Positions 24,948-39,862 of a DNA stretch of 64,000 bases are shown here, in pieces. The stretch spans positions 19,941 through 83,940 of the forward strand of contig JAAOMT010000245.1 of NCBI GenBank assembly GCA_016748015.1, given 5' to 3'. The notes under the pieces are model-generated. The model ran no database searches and was not told the origin of the DNA. It was given only the letters and a program-made list of their open reading frames with translations. Made by a program: the position numbers and the translations under genes. The stretch is from Geosiphon pyriformis uo1 (Eukaryota > Fungi > Glomeromycota). Each line of letters opens with the position of its first letter. Within the stretch, counting starts at the first letter, position 1.

Positions 24948-26779
24948 TAAAAAGGAGGTTGTGAAATCAAACCTGCATCAAGACTATTTACTTTGGCTGA
25001 AAGGCCCAAAACAGTTTCTATTAGACACTTTATGCTGTCTTCTAGCTTTGATACTGAAAACATATTGAATGACACCACTTCTGCAATAGTCTCACCACTA
25101 GTAAATACACCCAAACTCTCACTCATTACTACATCTGTCCCTTGATTCTGTGATAAAGAGATCACCAATGGCTGACATCCAGGGCTAGACTGGGAAACCA
25201 TTGGTCCAAATGCATCTAACCTCTTAGCCAGCTTATCAACCTTCTCCATAAGGCTGGTAAGACTGTACTCAAGAGTGGCAAACCTATCATTAACTTCCAT
25301 TGTAACCAGTAGGGATGGCTTCATCTCCAAAGAGGAGCCAATTTTCACTGAAACACTATGACCAGAGAGAGAGGAGAAAGAAGACCCACCAGCAATCTTT
25401 GCCCAAAAAAGACCACCAAAAGAAACAAAATGAGCAACCAGAGCCGAATGTTTGGCATAAATTGCAGCCAGCCTGCTTTTATCCATGTCCAAAAGTACTC
25501 TATGTGATGGTATCCCAGAAAGAACTTTTCCACTAGCAGCACAGCCCAATGATATGTAACCCAATTTTTTACACTTGGCACATTCAGCAAGAACCAGACA
25601 GAACCAGTACAGATTGGCACTTCTTAATACCAGTGTGGTTCTCATGATAGCATCCAGTGACTCAACAAAATCAAAGCAGATAACAGCACACCTTGCCCAA
25701 GCATACATAATCAGATAATGATTGATGACACATGTTTTTCCATTCACAGCTCTAACAAAGTCCCAGATGTCATAAGTATTCGTTTCTATTGATAGTGTAT
25801 AAAGCAGTGCTCTATGTTGATCCTTTACATCCCACATTTTCTTATCTAAAGCTGCCTTAGCAACATACACTGCATCTTTCCCAATTAAGATAGACCATTC
25901 AGCTGCAACCAAATTAGCATGATTCATTTGCTCAAATTCCACTACTGTTTTCTGCCACAGCCCTACCAATTGCATTTTAATTGACTTAATTATACCAAAC
26001 TTGGATAGTGCAGCATGTACAGCCTCAGCCATTGTCCCAATTGGTATCTCTTTTATGACCACAGCCTGATCTGATCACCCAGTAAATTTCTTAAAATTGG
26101 TGTTTACTATGATTTTCGCACCAGCAGCCTTTTCAGTGGCTTTTATCAAACCCAATTTGAAAGTAAATGTTGCTCAGATGATCTCAGAGAATTTTGAGGA
26201 AGTAGAGGCCCTCCTAAAATCTTTGATTCCTGAAAATAATTTTCTGATCACTGTGCATTTTTTATGAGAAGATTTATCTACTACTTTGTCTAGTCCAATA
26301 TCCAAAGCAAAAAATTTACAAACAGAAACATTGACCAAGTTTTTCAAAGGAGAAGGGAGGACCACAGGTTTGTTCAAGAGAATGTTATCATCATTATTAC
26401 CCAAAAAGTTGATTTTTCTTAATGGCTTACTCAGTGCTTTTTTGGTCAAAATTTTTGAATTCTTAGGAGTATGATCCAAGTTCTTACCAGCAAAAGTACC
26501 ATCTTTATCATAATCAAAGCTGGTTTTTTCAACCAAACATTCCTCCTCCATGTTCACACTATTAGATTCAATAGTATTACCAGTTTTAGACCTCCAAGAA
26601 TGATCACTTGACATCTTAACAATGGCAAATTTTCTATTACCAATATTATCCACCAAAACACCATCTCTTCTCTTTTTTCTAGACTTAGCAGACTTAACCC
26701 CAATATTAAAACTAGATTCTATGATAGACTTGTTCAGAACAGCAATACTAGAGCTGACGGTAGTTTCATAATTAAACAA
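24947..26779 (-). pseudogene. LINE B ORF1 (RRM-like region, CCHC-like knuckle, coiled coil)
   Basis: ORFs 26174..26779 and 24947..26062; VIKEIPIG...FGIIKSIKMQL; CAKCKKLGYISLGC; homologous to LINE C ORF1. Confidence 0.85.
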
Positions 26780-26900
26780 AAATGGTTTGAATTTATCATG
26801 TTGAATGTTGAAAAAACTTCTTTCAAAAAAATTTCTTGGCTTTTTTTGGGAATTTGGAACAAATAAAAGAAAGAAGTTTTTTTTACTAATGTGTTTTTAT

Positions 26901-27680
26901 AAAACAAAAAATAATAATTTAAGTTTTATTTTTTTAGTTTAATCTTTGTAATTTAATAATTTAATAACTTAATAATATAATTAATTAAAATTATATATTA
27001 AAATATAACATGTTTTGTTTTTAAAACTAATAATAATTAATATATTAAACAACATAATTATATATTAATACAAATTAAATTTGGCAAATATGTTATTTTT
27101 ATTCTTATTTAAAACAAAATTAAATATTATAATTGGTATCAATATAATAAAACTAATAAAACTGATAAAATCATTAAAAAAAGTAAAAATTTTATTTATC
27201 AAAAAAGAAAAAATATAAAAAAAGTGCTTTAAAAAACACCAAAAAAAACACTATTCTTTAATATTATTATTGGCAAAAAAAAATTGCATTTTATTATATA
27301 GAAAAAATGCTTTAAAAAAATAAAATAGTTTATTATATATATATATGAAAAAAAGTTATTATTAGAAAAATAATATAAAAATTATTTATTATAAAAAATA
27401 CCATTAAAAAATTGGTTTTAATTAATTTCAAAATAATAATTTTATTTAATTATATTAATCGTTTTTTGATTACATATTTTAATACTTAAAAAAGTATTCA
27501 AAATAAAGATGTTTTTTAAATCAAAATGAAAAAAAATAAAAAAAATATTATTATGTTTGTTTAAGAGTAACTCGAAATAAAAAAAATTATACAAGAATAA
27601 TAATAATAATAACAAAATTAGATTTAAAACTTCATTATTAAAACTGATTAACTATTATAGATTGCTTACTTATATACAAT
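26901..27680. other. AT desert between LINE B and the PET117/CBF5 island
   Basis: Extreme A/T bias. Confidence 0.75.
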
Positions 27681-28155
27681 TTGTGTTTTATTCATTTACT
27701 TTATTTTTGTGATTAAAGTTAGAACAATGACAAATTAAAAGATGCAAAAAGTTGAATTCTTTTAAATAAGAAATTTTCTTATATTGTATATAATACAAGG
27801 AAGATAAGGGTGTAAAAATTCTAAAGCCATTTTTAAGGCAAAGTTCCGAACAGGCTCTAAACATTGGGAAGCCTGGGTTATCGAAATCATTCAGGTTTGT
27901 ATTTCCACTTGTTAGCAAACATTGGCCTTTTCTCAAAACCAGACTAATGTTCCTATGCGCTTTGCTTTTTCATAGTTAAATCCACTTTTAAGCTCGTTGA
28001 CAAGATCAGGAAATTTATGCAGGAGACTGGACAAGAGAAAAATGTCGAGAAACTGAGAATTTGGCCCGCAATTATCGAGAACATCCAAGAAAATATATTT
28101 TCTTGGTTCTTGTTCAAGATCTAGTCTGCTCATTCTACTTTATTCTTCTCATGGA

Positions 28156-28601
28156 TCAAGAACTAGCAGATCCAGATACTGGCTGAATTTTTTTATACTT
28201 TTCACGTAATAATATTTGCTCTTCTAATTCTTTTTTGTTCCTTTCAAATTTTTTATGATTTTCTGAAGGCAAGCGTTTTGAAGACAAGGCTTGTTGACGT
28301 TCAAGCTCTTCTTCATGTGCTATGGATGCATGCATTAACTATGATATGATTCGAAATTTTGGATAAATGGTTATAGGGCAAAAGATAAAATTGTTAAATA
28401 GATTTCGAAAAATCAAGTCAGTTCTCGATTTTGAACAAACCTTCAAAAGGAAATATGGACTCGATAGGGCAAAAGATGTTCCAAAGATCTGTGACTTTTT
28501 CTTACCTCTTTCTCTTTAATTTGCATGTAATGCACGCCCCAAACTGTAGTGGCAGTCGCCACGATGCTCACTCCTAGGGTTGCTTTCGCTGTGCGAGACA
28601 T
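28156..28601 (-). CDS. PET117: Cytochrome c oxidase assembly factor Pet117 (92 aa, 2 exons)
   Basis: Exons 28506-28601 and 28156-28338 with a GT-AG intron. MSRTAKATLGVSIVATATTVWGVHYMQIKEKE-LMH...ELEEQILLREKYKKIQPVSG matches the Pet117 pattern (MSR..K.T...GVHY.Q..E; EQ..LR.KY...QP). Confidence 0.85.
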
Positions 28602-28792
28602 TGAACGCAAATTTATTTTGCGTAGTTTTACGGTAGAATTTTCGAATGATCTTATTGGTCTCAAGATCAAATTTTTTGATGAAATTGATTATCAGAACCT
28701 AATTAGTAAAATTCGAAAAAATTGTTCGTAAAGTAGGAGGTAGGTATAAGTATTTCAGTAAATCTTTTCTAGACTGAGTTTTGCACTTTAAA
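28602..28792. promoter_or_regulatory. Compact divergent (bidirectional) promoter region PET117 / CBF5
   Basis: 191 bp between the two predicted start codons on opposite strands. Confidence 0.6.
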
Positions 28793-30958
<2,166 letters not shown>

Positions 30959-31199
30959 TGTTCCTCTCGCTGTACGTTTACGAAATTTAAATTCAATTTA
31001 CTTGGAAAATTTCGATCAATCCGAGTTTTTACTCTTTCCTATCTGAACCTTTTACAGTTATAGCTTTAAAGAACCAAGATTTCTTGACGGTCTAATGAAC
31101 TGATTAAATTCTTGATGATGTAGTTTGGTTTTTTTCAAATTTATCTTTTGTAACAATTGTCTATACAATTATTAACACCAAGTCTTCAAACAAAATTTT

Positions 31200-32383
31200 C
31201 AACTTTAAAATGTTCTTGTTAAGCGTTCTGAACATAATTAAAATAATCATTTTTTTAATAATTCTGGATTTTTAACTATTAACTTTAATATTTTGTAATA
31301 TGTATTTTATAAACCAAATTTTTTTGTTATTATTTGAATTATTTTTATCAACTTAATTAAATATTAACATGAAAAATATTCAATTTAATTTTTTAAATAT
31401 TTAATGTTTTTTTAAATATGAATTATTTATAAAATTATATTAAAAAATTAAAATTCTATTGTTCAAACAATTTGAAAGACCAAAACAGCAAAAAAAAATT
31501 TTTTAAAAAAAATAAGACTTGGTTTTTTTTGTTTGGTATTATTAGTACTAATTATAATGTTCATTTTATTTTGCCTCTAAATAATAATCTTTTCTGTTTT
31601 AAATTAATGTTTGGCTATATTGTTTAATAAAAATAATTTTAATTAATTATTACCAATTTAATTTAATTATAATATTAAGCTAATTATTGAAACAATATAA
31701 TAACTGGTTACATATAGTTGTTGCATAATTCATGTTTAATATACGAACACGAATTTACACAGAAATAGTGATCAAAAAAAACAATATTAGACTTTTTTTG
31801 TATAAATTTTGTATCTTAAATTTTTTTAAATACTATTATTAAAATTGAATTTGTTGAATTTTGTTATTATTTTTCAGATTTTAAAATCTGCTAAGGTATT
31901 TAATTTTCATTTTATTTTTGTTATTATTATTTTTTATAATATTTTTTTAAATATTACATTAATAATATTAAAAATGTTTTTAAAATATTTGGTAAAGTTT
32001 TTAGTTAATTAATTTTAATAAAAAAATAGTATTTAACTTTTTTTTTCTTAATTAAAAAAAGATAATATTTTTAAGATCAAATTGGTTAATTTTTTAATTA
32101 TGTAATTTTTTAAATTAATAATATAATTTTTAGTTTTTTAATTTAATTATTATTAAAATTTTGTTATTATTATAAAAATTTACTTTAACAATTATTAAAA
32201 CTTAATATTTTTATATTTATTAAAGTTTAAACTATTTAATTTATATATATAAAATTATTTTCTTTAATTTATTAAAATTTTTTTAAAGTTTTTTGTTATA
32301 ATTAAAGTTTTTTTAAGTTATTTTACTAGTTTAGTATTTTATTTTAAAGCTGTTGCTATTTTTGTATTGTATTATATTTTTTT
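31200..32383. other. AT desert between CBF5 and LINE C
   Basis: Extreme A/T bias. Confidence 0.75.
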
Positions 32384-32612
32384 AAAAAAAAAACTTCTTT
32401 CTCTTATTCATCCCAAATTCCCAAAAAGACCCAAAAAATTTTTCTGAAAGAAGTTTTTTCAATATTCAGCATAATAAATCCAAAAAACTCTTTCTTTTAT
32501 TGATTCTCTGGTCATGAAGAGAGCATTGAGTTGTCATTGAAATAGCCTTCCTTTTCCCTTTCTCCTTCAACTTTCTCCAGTTATTTATTCAGACATTCTT
32601 TTTTTTATAGTT

Positions 32613-34585
32613 ATGGAACTGGTGGGCTTTGCTGCTGGTGGTTTTGGATTCATTTCGGCTGGATTGAGGACCCAGTCTGGTGTCAAAAATAAGTGTTCAG
32701 TTGGTTCTCAATCTCGTGATGCTCCTATAAGAAGCTGAAGAAATCTGTGGCAGTTGATGGTTTGGTGGAGTTGTCTATTGGTGTCTTGAATGTTATAGAT
32801 GAAAGTGGTGACAGACTTAATATTGGACAATCGTGGGCTAGCAAAGTTAACAGCAAAGTGGACAGCGTAAGTGGTATCTCAGACTTGGATAACTTAGAAA
32901 ATATCATCGCTGAGAAAATTAGCTATGCAGAGTCGGATGTTTCGAGTTTGGACAATAACATGAACAATACCATGCCAAAGAAGACACAGACCTACACCTA
33001 TGTTCTGGACAGTAAGCTGCCACCTCTCTTTTTCAATGTTCCAAGTAATGGTGAAGATACTTTGCCTCTTCAGAGTCCCAAATTTTATGGATCCAATCAC
33101 CTTCCTCTAGTTAGATCACGTGCAATGGAGAAACAGAATTTTAATTCATCAAAATTGTTTGCATTAGATATTAAGCTATCTGCTATTTCTGGCAAAACTA
33201 ATGGTAATAAGTTAGTCTTAATCAAAAAAATTTTTTATCATGTTGATGGTTTTGAGGGGGGGGCCTCCATTCTCTCAAGGTTCTCTGGGATCATCAGATC
33301 TACTTTCACTTCAGAAGCTAGTATGAATAAGGCAAAGAGTTTGGCTGTCAGTAAGAAGATTTTAGTTAATAATGAATTAAGAAAAGTAAACAATCATTCA
33401 AATCAGGAAATTGTGGTCAAAGAGATTCTGGTCAATCTTCCCAAATCGGCTGTGGAATCAGTTTTTTCCAAGTTTGATAAGATTGTTTCAATCAGAATGC
33501 AGCTAATTGGTCTATGGCAAAAGGTCTTAGTGAAGTTTGAGTCAGCTGAGATAGCCAGCATGGTTGCTTCTAAGTGGTCAGTTCTCATGGGTAAGGATTC
33601 TGTGTGAATGGCTTTGGCAACTGAAGATAAACAATTGTGGGTTTTCAGGAATCAACATTGGACTTTGTTGTATACTTTGCCAGTAGGAACAATAGCCCAT
33701 GACTTTTCTGATTTGTTGAAATCATATGGTGGAAAGACATGTTTTATTGGTCACAATCCTGTCTCTTACATTTGCAATAGGTGTGCAACTGTTTGTTTTG
33801 ATGATGAAGCAACCAGATTGGCTGCTATTGGTTCAGCTCCAGTCTTCAAGAGTGTGGGTTTACGTTGGGCTGGTCTCTCTTTGGCTCATTGTACCAAGTG
33901 CAAACATTTTGGTCATGTTTCAAATATGTGTTCAGTAGGTGGTTTCTCTGGTGATCGTGGAAGAAAGATGGCGTCTGTTCATGATCAGGTTCACTTGGTA
34001 AATATATATAAGAAAAGACATGCTCCAGTTGCTCGCCCTGTCTTTTTTGGTGGCAAGTCTTGGGCTCAGGTTGCTTTATTTGCTGCTCCTTCTGGTGCTG
34101 GTGTTTGACCTGTCTTTGGTTCTGGTGTTTTCATGTCTGGTGCCCCTCCTGCTGGTAGATTACTGATGGAAGTTCCAGATGTTTCTTGTATTGTTGATCA
34201 CCTGGCTGTATTGGAACAGTCTTTCGAGCTTTTGTCTGACCAAGTGTCTAAAATAGTGCATAGACTGAATAGTGTGAATTTGGTTCCTCTGGTTTCTGTT
34301 TTTTCTGTTGTGTCTTCTGTTGTTTCTGCTTCTCCTATAGCACTCTCTGTTCAGGACTTGGCTTTGGACCCTCCATTTTCTTTTTCTCATTCTTTTTCCT
34401 CAGTTCCTGTTTTGGAGAACATTGTTTCCAATTTAAGTTTAAGCAGTTCAAAGGTTCTTACCTCTAAAGTTGGTGGGCTTGAATCTAAGTTGATGGCTCT
34501 CGATGTTGCTATTGGTTCCATATTAGTAAAATTGAATTAGCTGGGTACAGATTCGGGGTCCCCTTAATACTCTCCTCCCCAATGA
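32613..34585 (+). pseudogene. LINE C ORF1
   Basis: ORFs 32747..33607, 33608..34108 and 34133..34540 are collinear and homologous to LINE B ORF1; CCHC knuckle. Confidence 0.85.
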
Positions 34586-37500
34586 CAGATCTTATTTGGA
34601 AAATAGCCATGTGCAATGTCAGGGGTATAAACAATGTGGTGAAGCAAGAAGATATTGTGCACTGACATAACTCTATGAACAATTTGGTTTCGATTTTTAC
34701 GGAAACGAAGCTCAAAGGGCATGCTCGTCTCTGGATAGCTGACAAATTCGATGGTGTTTGTGTGTTTGTCTCTGGTTTGGACTCTGGTCATCTTGGTTCT
34801 GGTGTGGCAATCATAATGAACAATTTTCTAGCCAAGCATGTGTGCAAAGTTTCTGAGATTTCCAGTCAACTTTTATCTGTCAAGTTGCTTTTTAAAAATA
34901 AACTTTCTGTGTCTGTGTTAGGGCTGTATGCTGGCACTTTTTTGGCTGTTCGTTTCTCCCAGGCCAGTGAAATCAATTCTTTTGTCACTAAGGCCATGAA
35001 TGATTTTTCTTTTGTCATTCTTGGTAGTGATTTCAATGAAAATGGTTCTCATAGGTGTGCTAGTTTCAAAAAGTGTTTTGACTTGGGCTTGATTAATGCT
35101 TTGGGTGGGAGTTTGTTTTCAAAATCACTTACATGGTGCAATTCTCGTGGTGTTGCTAAAATGATTGATTACATGTTCATCTCTTCTGGTTTGGTCAATG
35201 CAATTGTGGATCGCAGTGTGACAGATGTTGTGGAATTTTTCAATACTAATCATAAGGCTGTTTCCATTTCCATGGATTTGGGTGGCTTGTTGGACATGCA
35301 GCTTTCTGTTATGTGCAAACAGGCCAACAAAGATCATTGGAAATTTGATGTCAAAAGTGCTGATGTTTTGAAATGGGGCAAGTTTGGGGACATGTTAGTT
35401 GTCAATGCTTCTGTGTTTTTGAATGAATTTGCTGTGGCTAAGGATTGCTCGAATTTAGATTCAATGTGGGATGTCATTCATAGGATTATGGTTCTTTCTA
35501 CTAATAGAACATTCAAAAAAAAATGGTTTAAAGGTTATGATAGTGTTTTTACCAAAGTGTCTTCTAGGTTTTATAAGTTGGAGTTGCTGGTCTCCAAGTT
35601 AGTAAGAGCTTCTCATTTGGCATTTGGTGATGCCTTTGCATTACTGTTGGAGATGTGGAATAAGCTCAACCTGGTTAGTGTCTTAGCAACAAAATTGGTC
35701 TTTTTTTTAGGTGCTAATTTTGATGCTGTTCAGTCTGTGCTGGCTAAAGCAAGGAAATCTTATCACTTCTTCAAGCTTCTAAAATCCAAGCATGCAGAGG
35801 AGTCCCAGATCAGACAGGCTATTACCAGGCATATGGAAAGCTTTGCATTGGACAAAAGTCATACTATCAGGAGCATGTTAAAGTGTCTCTTTCGCAAGGT
35901 GGTGTTGGACCATCTGATAGTCAGTGATGAACTGGTCTTGGAGTCTGAGTTGGTGAAATCTAGAGTAGATGTGGTTATGGAGGGCTAAACACGGACACGT
36001 GGGGTGGTCTTTGATATGTCTGATGTTTGGATTTGTCAATATCAACCTTTGGATTACATCTTTGATGGCGCTTTTTCTGATGTTATGTGCTCAATCAGCT
36101 TTGATGAGATGTCTGCAGTTATTTCAGATTTACCTGATGAGAAGGTGGCTAGTCTCTTAGGTATTTCAAATGAATTGTGAAAGCACTGTGACAAGTCGGT
36201 TTTGGATATGCTGTGGTTCTTTTGAACTCTTGTTTGGTTTGTGAATTGGTTCCTGAACCTTAGAAGAAAGCTTGGGTTTCTATGATTCCTAAACCTTATG
36301 AATGGGAGGGTGTTCTCATGAATATCTGTTCTATTGCTTTAATTGAAACAGCCTGCAAGGTTCTGTCCAAGATCTTGTCAGATAGGATTTTTTTGGCTTG
36401 TAGCAAGTTTGACGTTTTACATGGGGACAATTTCTCAGTTTTGAAGGGTACAATAACACAGTCTCTGATCTTTGCTGTTGGTCTGTGATTGAGGATGCCT
36501 TGGAGAAGAACCGTGAACTATGGTTGGTTTTGCAGGACATGCACAAAGCCTATGATTCTGTTGGTTGGAAGCACCTTAGGAGGAGTTTGGTTAAGATCAA
36601 GATATGTGACAGTTTTATTAAGTTCTTTGGCTCTATCCACAATAGTCGCACTAACAGGGTGATGACAGATTTTGGTTTAACAGACAGATATCATGTGCAT
36701 AATGGCTTGGATCAAGGAGAAGTTTTCTCGCTGCTTTTGTGGCGCATATTTTATGATTTACTTCTTTGTAAGGTCAAGAGGCAGGAGGCTGTATGTAGCT
36801 ATAGATTAAATTCTTATTTTGTTTCCAAAACTGGCCAGGTGGAATTTCAAGCTGAACTGACATCATTTCTGGCCACCGGTGCTTTTGTGGATAATATGAT
36901 TTGGGTAGGCAATAGCCAGTCGGCTACTCAACACATTCTCAATGTTGCTAATGATTTCTTCAGAATTAATGACATTTCAATAAATAATGAGAAGACTGTG
37001 GCCATCCTTATTAACTGTTGGATGGCAAATCCTACTTTTTATATTAGTGACTTGCCTATCTCTGTTGCTAAAAAGAGGAAACTTCATCGTTATCTGGGAA
37101 TTTTTCTTTTTTCTAAAGGTTTGTTTAACCCTAGCTTGGTTAGGACACATTCAGATGTTCGGTTTTTTATTAATTTTGTCTTAAGAAAAGCAATTTCAGA
37201 TAAACAATTTGCATATTTAGTGTCAGCAGTTCTTGTTCCTATTGTCAGTTACAGGACTCAGTTCAGTTTTGTCTCTACTAGTGTATGCAACAAATAGGAT
37301 GCTCTCATTCGAAAGGGTTTGAAATCTAAGTCTGGTCTGCCTCTTAATTTTCCCAATAATACACTTTATTACCCTTCTTTATATGAGTTAAAAACATTCG
37401 AGCAGATTCAGGCTGAGTGTAAATCAGCTTCCATTGTTTCTTTTGCGAATTTGGTTGGTGTTTTGGGTTGGTTGTTTTCTCACAGATCCCACAATCTCCA

Positions 37501-37699
37501 GGTTTTCAGCTGGTGCCCGTGACATCCATTGCTATTTCCAATTCATATTAGGGTTGACTTTTCAAATAATTTTTTGGCTGGTGTGGTCTGTATTTTTTCA
37601 GATTTAGATTTGTCTTTGGGTGGCTTGGTAACCAGTGCTTTTTACCTTCAGTCTGGTACTCCTTTGTCTCTTGTGCTTGGTGATAAGATGTTTTTCAAA
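34582..37699 (+). pseudogene. LINE C ORF2 (endonuclease + RT), truncated
   Basis: MTDLIWKIAMCNVRG, ETKL, GSDFN, IDYMF, QDMHKAYDSV, GLDQGE, GAFVDNMIW. Confidence 0.9.
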
Positions 37700-39862
37700 A
37701 TTAAAAATGCTAAAATTGACAAGTGGTTGTAGTTTAGAGAGTGCTTATTGGACAAATTCTTGAAAAAAGTGGCTAAATTTAATAGTACAAGAAATTGTAA
37801 TAATTTAGATATTATGTAAAAGATTCTAAAGAAGATAATAGTAAGCTTTACTAATAAAATATTTTATAAACTTTGGTTTAGTAATTTAAAATATTCAAAA
37901 AATAGGCAATTATCAAAATTTTTCAAACTGGAATTATTAATGACCAAAATTATAAAAGATTTAGATTTGAATTAAGATCCAAAAACTGATTGTTTTATTA
38001 ATACCTGGATTAACATTAATGAAAAAATCTCTAAATTACACATTATAAATGATAATAGTATAAATTTAAAAGAAATTCTACTTTATCTGTTAAGAATCAA
38101 GAAAAAATATCATAAATTCAAATATCATGAATTCAAGATTGTCCAAGATGATCTTATCAAAAAAGTAATTGATAAGTATATGAAAAATTTTGTTTTAATA
38201 AGAGAAAAATGATCAAAAGCATTTTGGATTGACTATTTCAAAAAGTAGTATTTAATTATTTATAATTAATAATAAGTTAATTTTAGAGCCATATAAAGTT
38301 AGGTTCATGATTAACACAATTATAGAGGGATGAATGAGAAAATGTGTAGTGTCTGGTGCTCTGTTTAATAAATAATCTAATCAATATGCTCTTCTAAATC
38401 ATGTCAATAATGATGCTTTCTTAAAAATAATGTGCAATATTAAGTTTAATGAATTTTTACAAGTTGTTAAGGATTTACTTGATAGAAAAGCCATTGATTT
38501 TTCTGATATCCCTAATGAGCTTTAAAAATATAGTAATGTGCAAGTTTTAAGTGATTTATTGGATATTTTTAATGTGTGTTTAGTGTTAGACACAGTTTTT
38601 ATACAATAAAAAAGTGCTTAGATTTTTATAATATCAAAGTCTTATGAATAAAAGAGAATTTTTATAAATATTAGACCAATAGTCTTGATTAAAACAGTCT
38701 GAAAAATTCTATCTAAGATTTTTTCCAATAAGATTTCTTTAGTCTATAACAATTTTAACATTTTGTATGATAATAATTTTTTAGTTTAAAAGACATATTT
38801 ACTTAAATTCCAATTTTTGCTGTTGGTTTCATTATTAAAGATATATTAAAAAAGAACAGAAAACTGTGGCTAATTTTTTAGAACATACATAAAACATATA
38901 ATTTTGTTGGGTAATGTTTTTTAAAAAACAGTTTGACCAAAATCAAAATATATCCCTGTTTTATTAAATTTTTTAAAAGTATACACAATAATTAAATTAA
39001 CCAAGTGATAACAGATTTTAAGTTTATAAAAGAATATACTATTTATGATAGATTAAATTAAAGTAAGATATTCTTGTTTTTGTTGTGAAAAATCTTTTAT
39101 AACTCTTTGTTTTATAAAGTTAAAAAACATAACAGTTTATATAAATACAAGTTAGATTTAAAATTTTTTACACAAATTGACAAGTGAGATTTTAGGAGTA
39201 ACATAACATCTTTTCTGAAAACAGGAGCTTTCATAAATAACACAATTTGGATTAAGAATAACATAGCTACTACTTAGTACATTCTGAACATAGCTAATAA
39301 ATTTTTTTGAATAAATAATATTTTAATTAATACAAATAAAATAGTTGCTATACCAATTAATCAAAAAATAAAAATCTTTAATTTAGTAATAAATAAATCA
39401 AACATTTTAATAGCTAAAAAAAATAAATTACATAGATACTTAGACATTTTTTTGTTTATAGACAGTCTTTTTAACCAAGTTTTATTAAGATTTATTCAAA
39501 CATTAAGTTTTTCACAAACTTGGTATTAAGAAAAACTGTATCTAATAAGCAGTTTTTATATCTGATGTCTGTTGTTTTACAGTCAATAATTAACTACAGA
39601 TTGCAATTTAGTTATGTTTTAGCAAATATATGTGAAAAATAAAACAGAATATTAAGAAAAAAACTTAAATTCAAGACCAATTTACTTAAAAATTTTTCTA
39701 ATAAAGTCATTGTTTATTCTGAATTATATAGTTAAAAATTATTTAAACAATTACAAACCAAAAATTTTTTGGTAAATTTGGTAGTTTTTGCCAATTTAAA
39801 AAACATTTTTGACAAATTGTTTGAACATAGAGCTATGAATTTACAGACCATCAATTAGATGC
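37694..39862 (+). mobile_element. LINE D, left part (EN-RT linker and RT), heavily AT-mutated
   Basis: Degenerate homology to ORF2 (RPIVLIKTV.KILSKI, GAFINNTIW, LVLRKTVSNKQFLYL); interrupted at 39863 by an LTR. Confidence 0.85.

Larger units (their letters stand above)
20141..26884 (-). mobile_element. LINE B: full-length non-LTR retrotransposon (ORF1 + EN-RT-RNase H ORF2), decayed
   Basis: 16-bp TSD with 1 mismatch: actaatgtttttttat (20125-20140) / actaatgtgtttttat (26885-26900). A-rich tail at ~20141-20152; 5' end homologous to LINE C. Confidence 0.93.
32384..37699 (+). mobile_element. LINE C: 5'-complete, 3'-truncated non-LTR retrotransposon
   Basis: 5' UTR matches LINE B 5' end. ORF1 ~32613-34585 (CTKCKHFGHVSNMC); ORF2 from 34582 (EN, RT with AFVDN); ends after the RT thumb with no RNase H. 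Confidence 0.9.
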
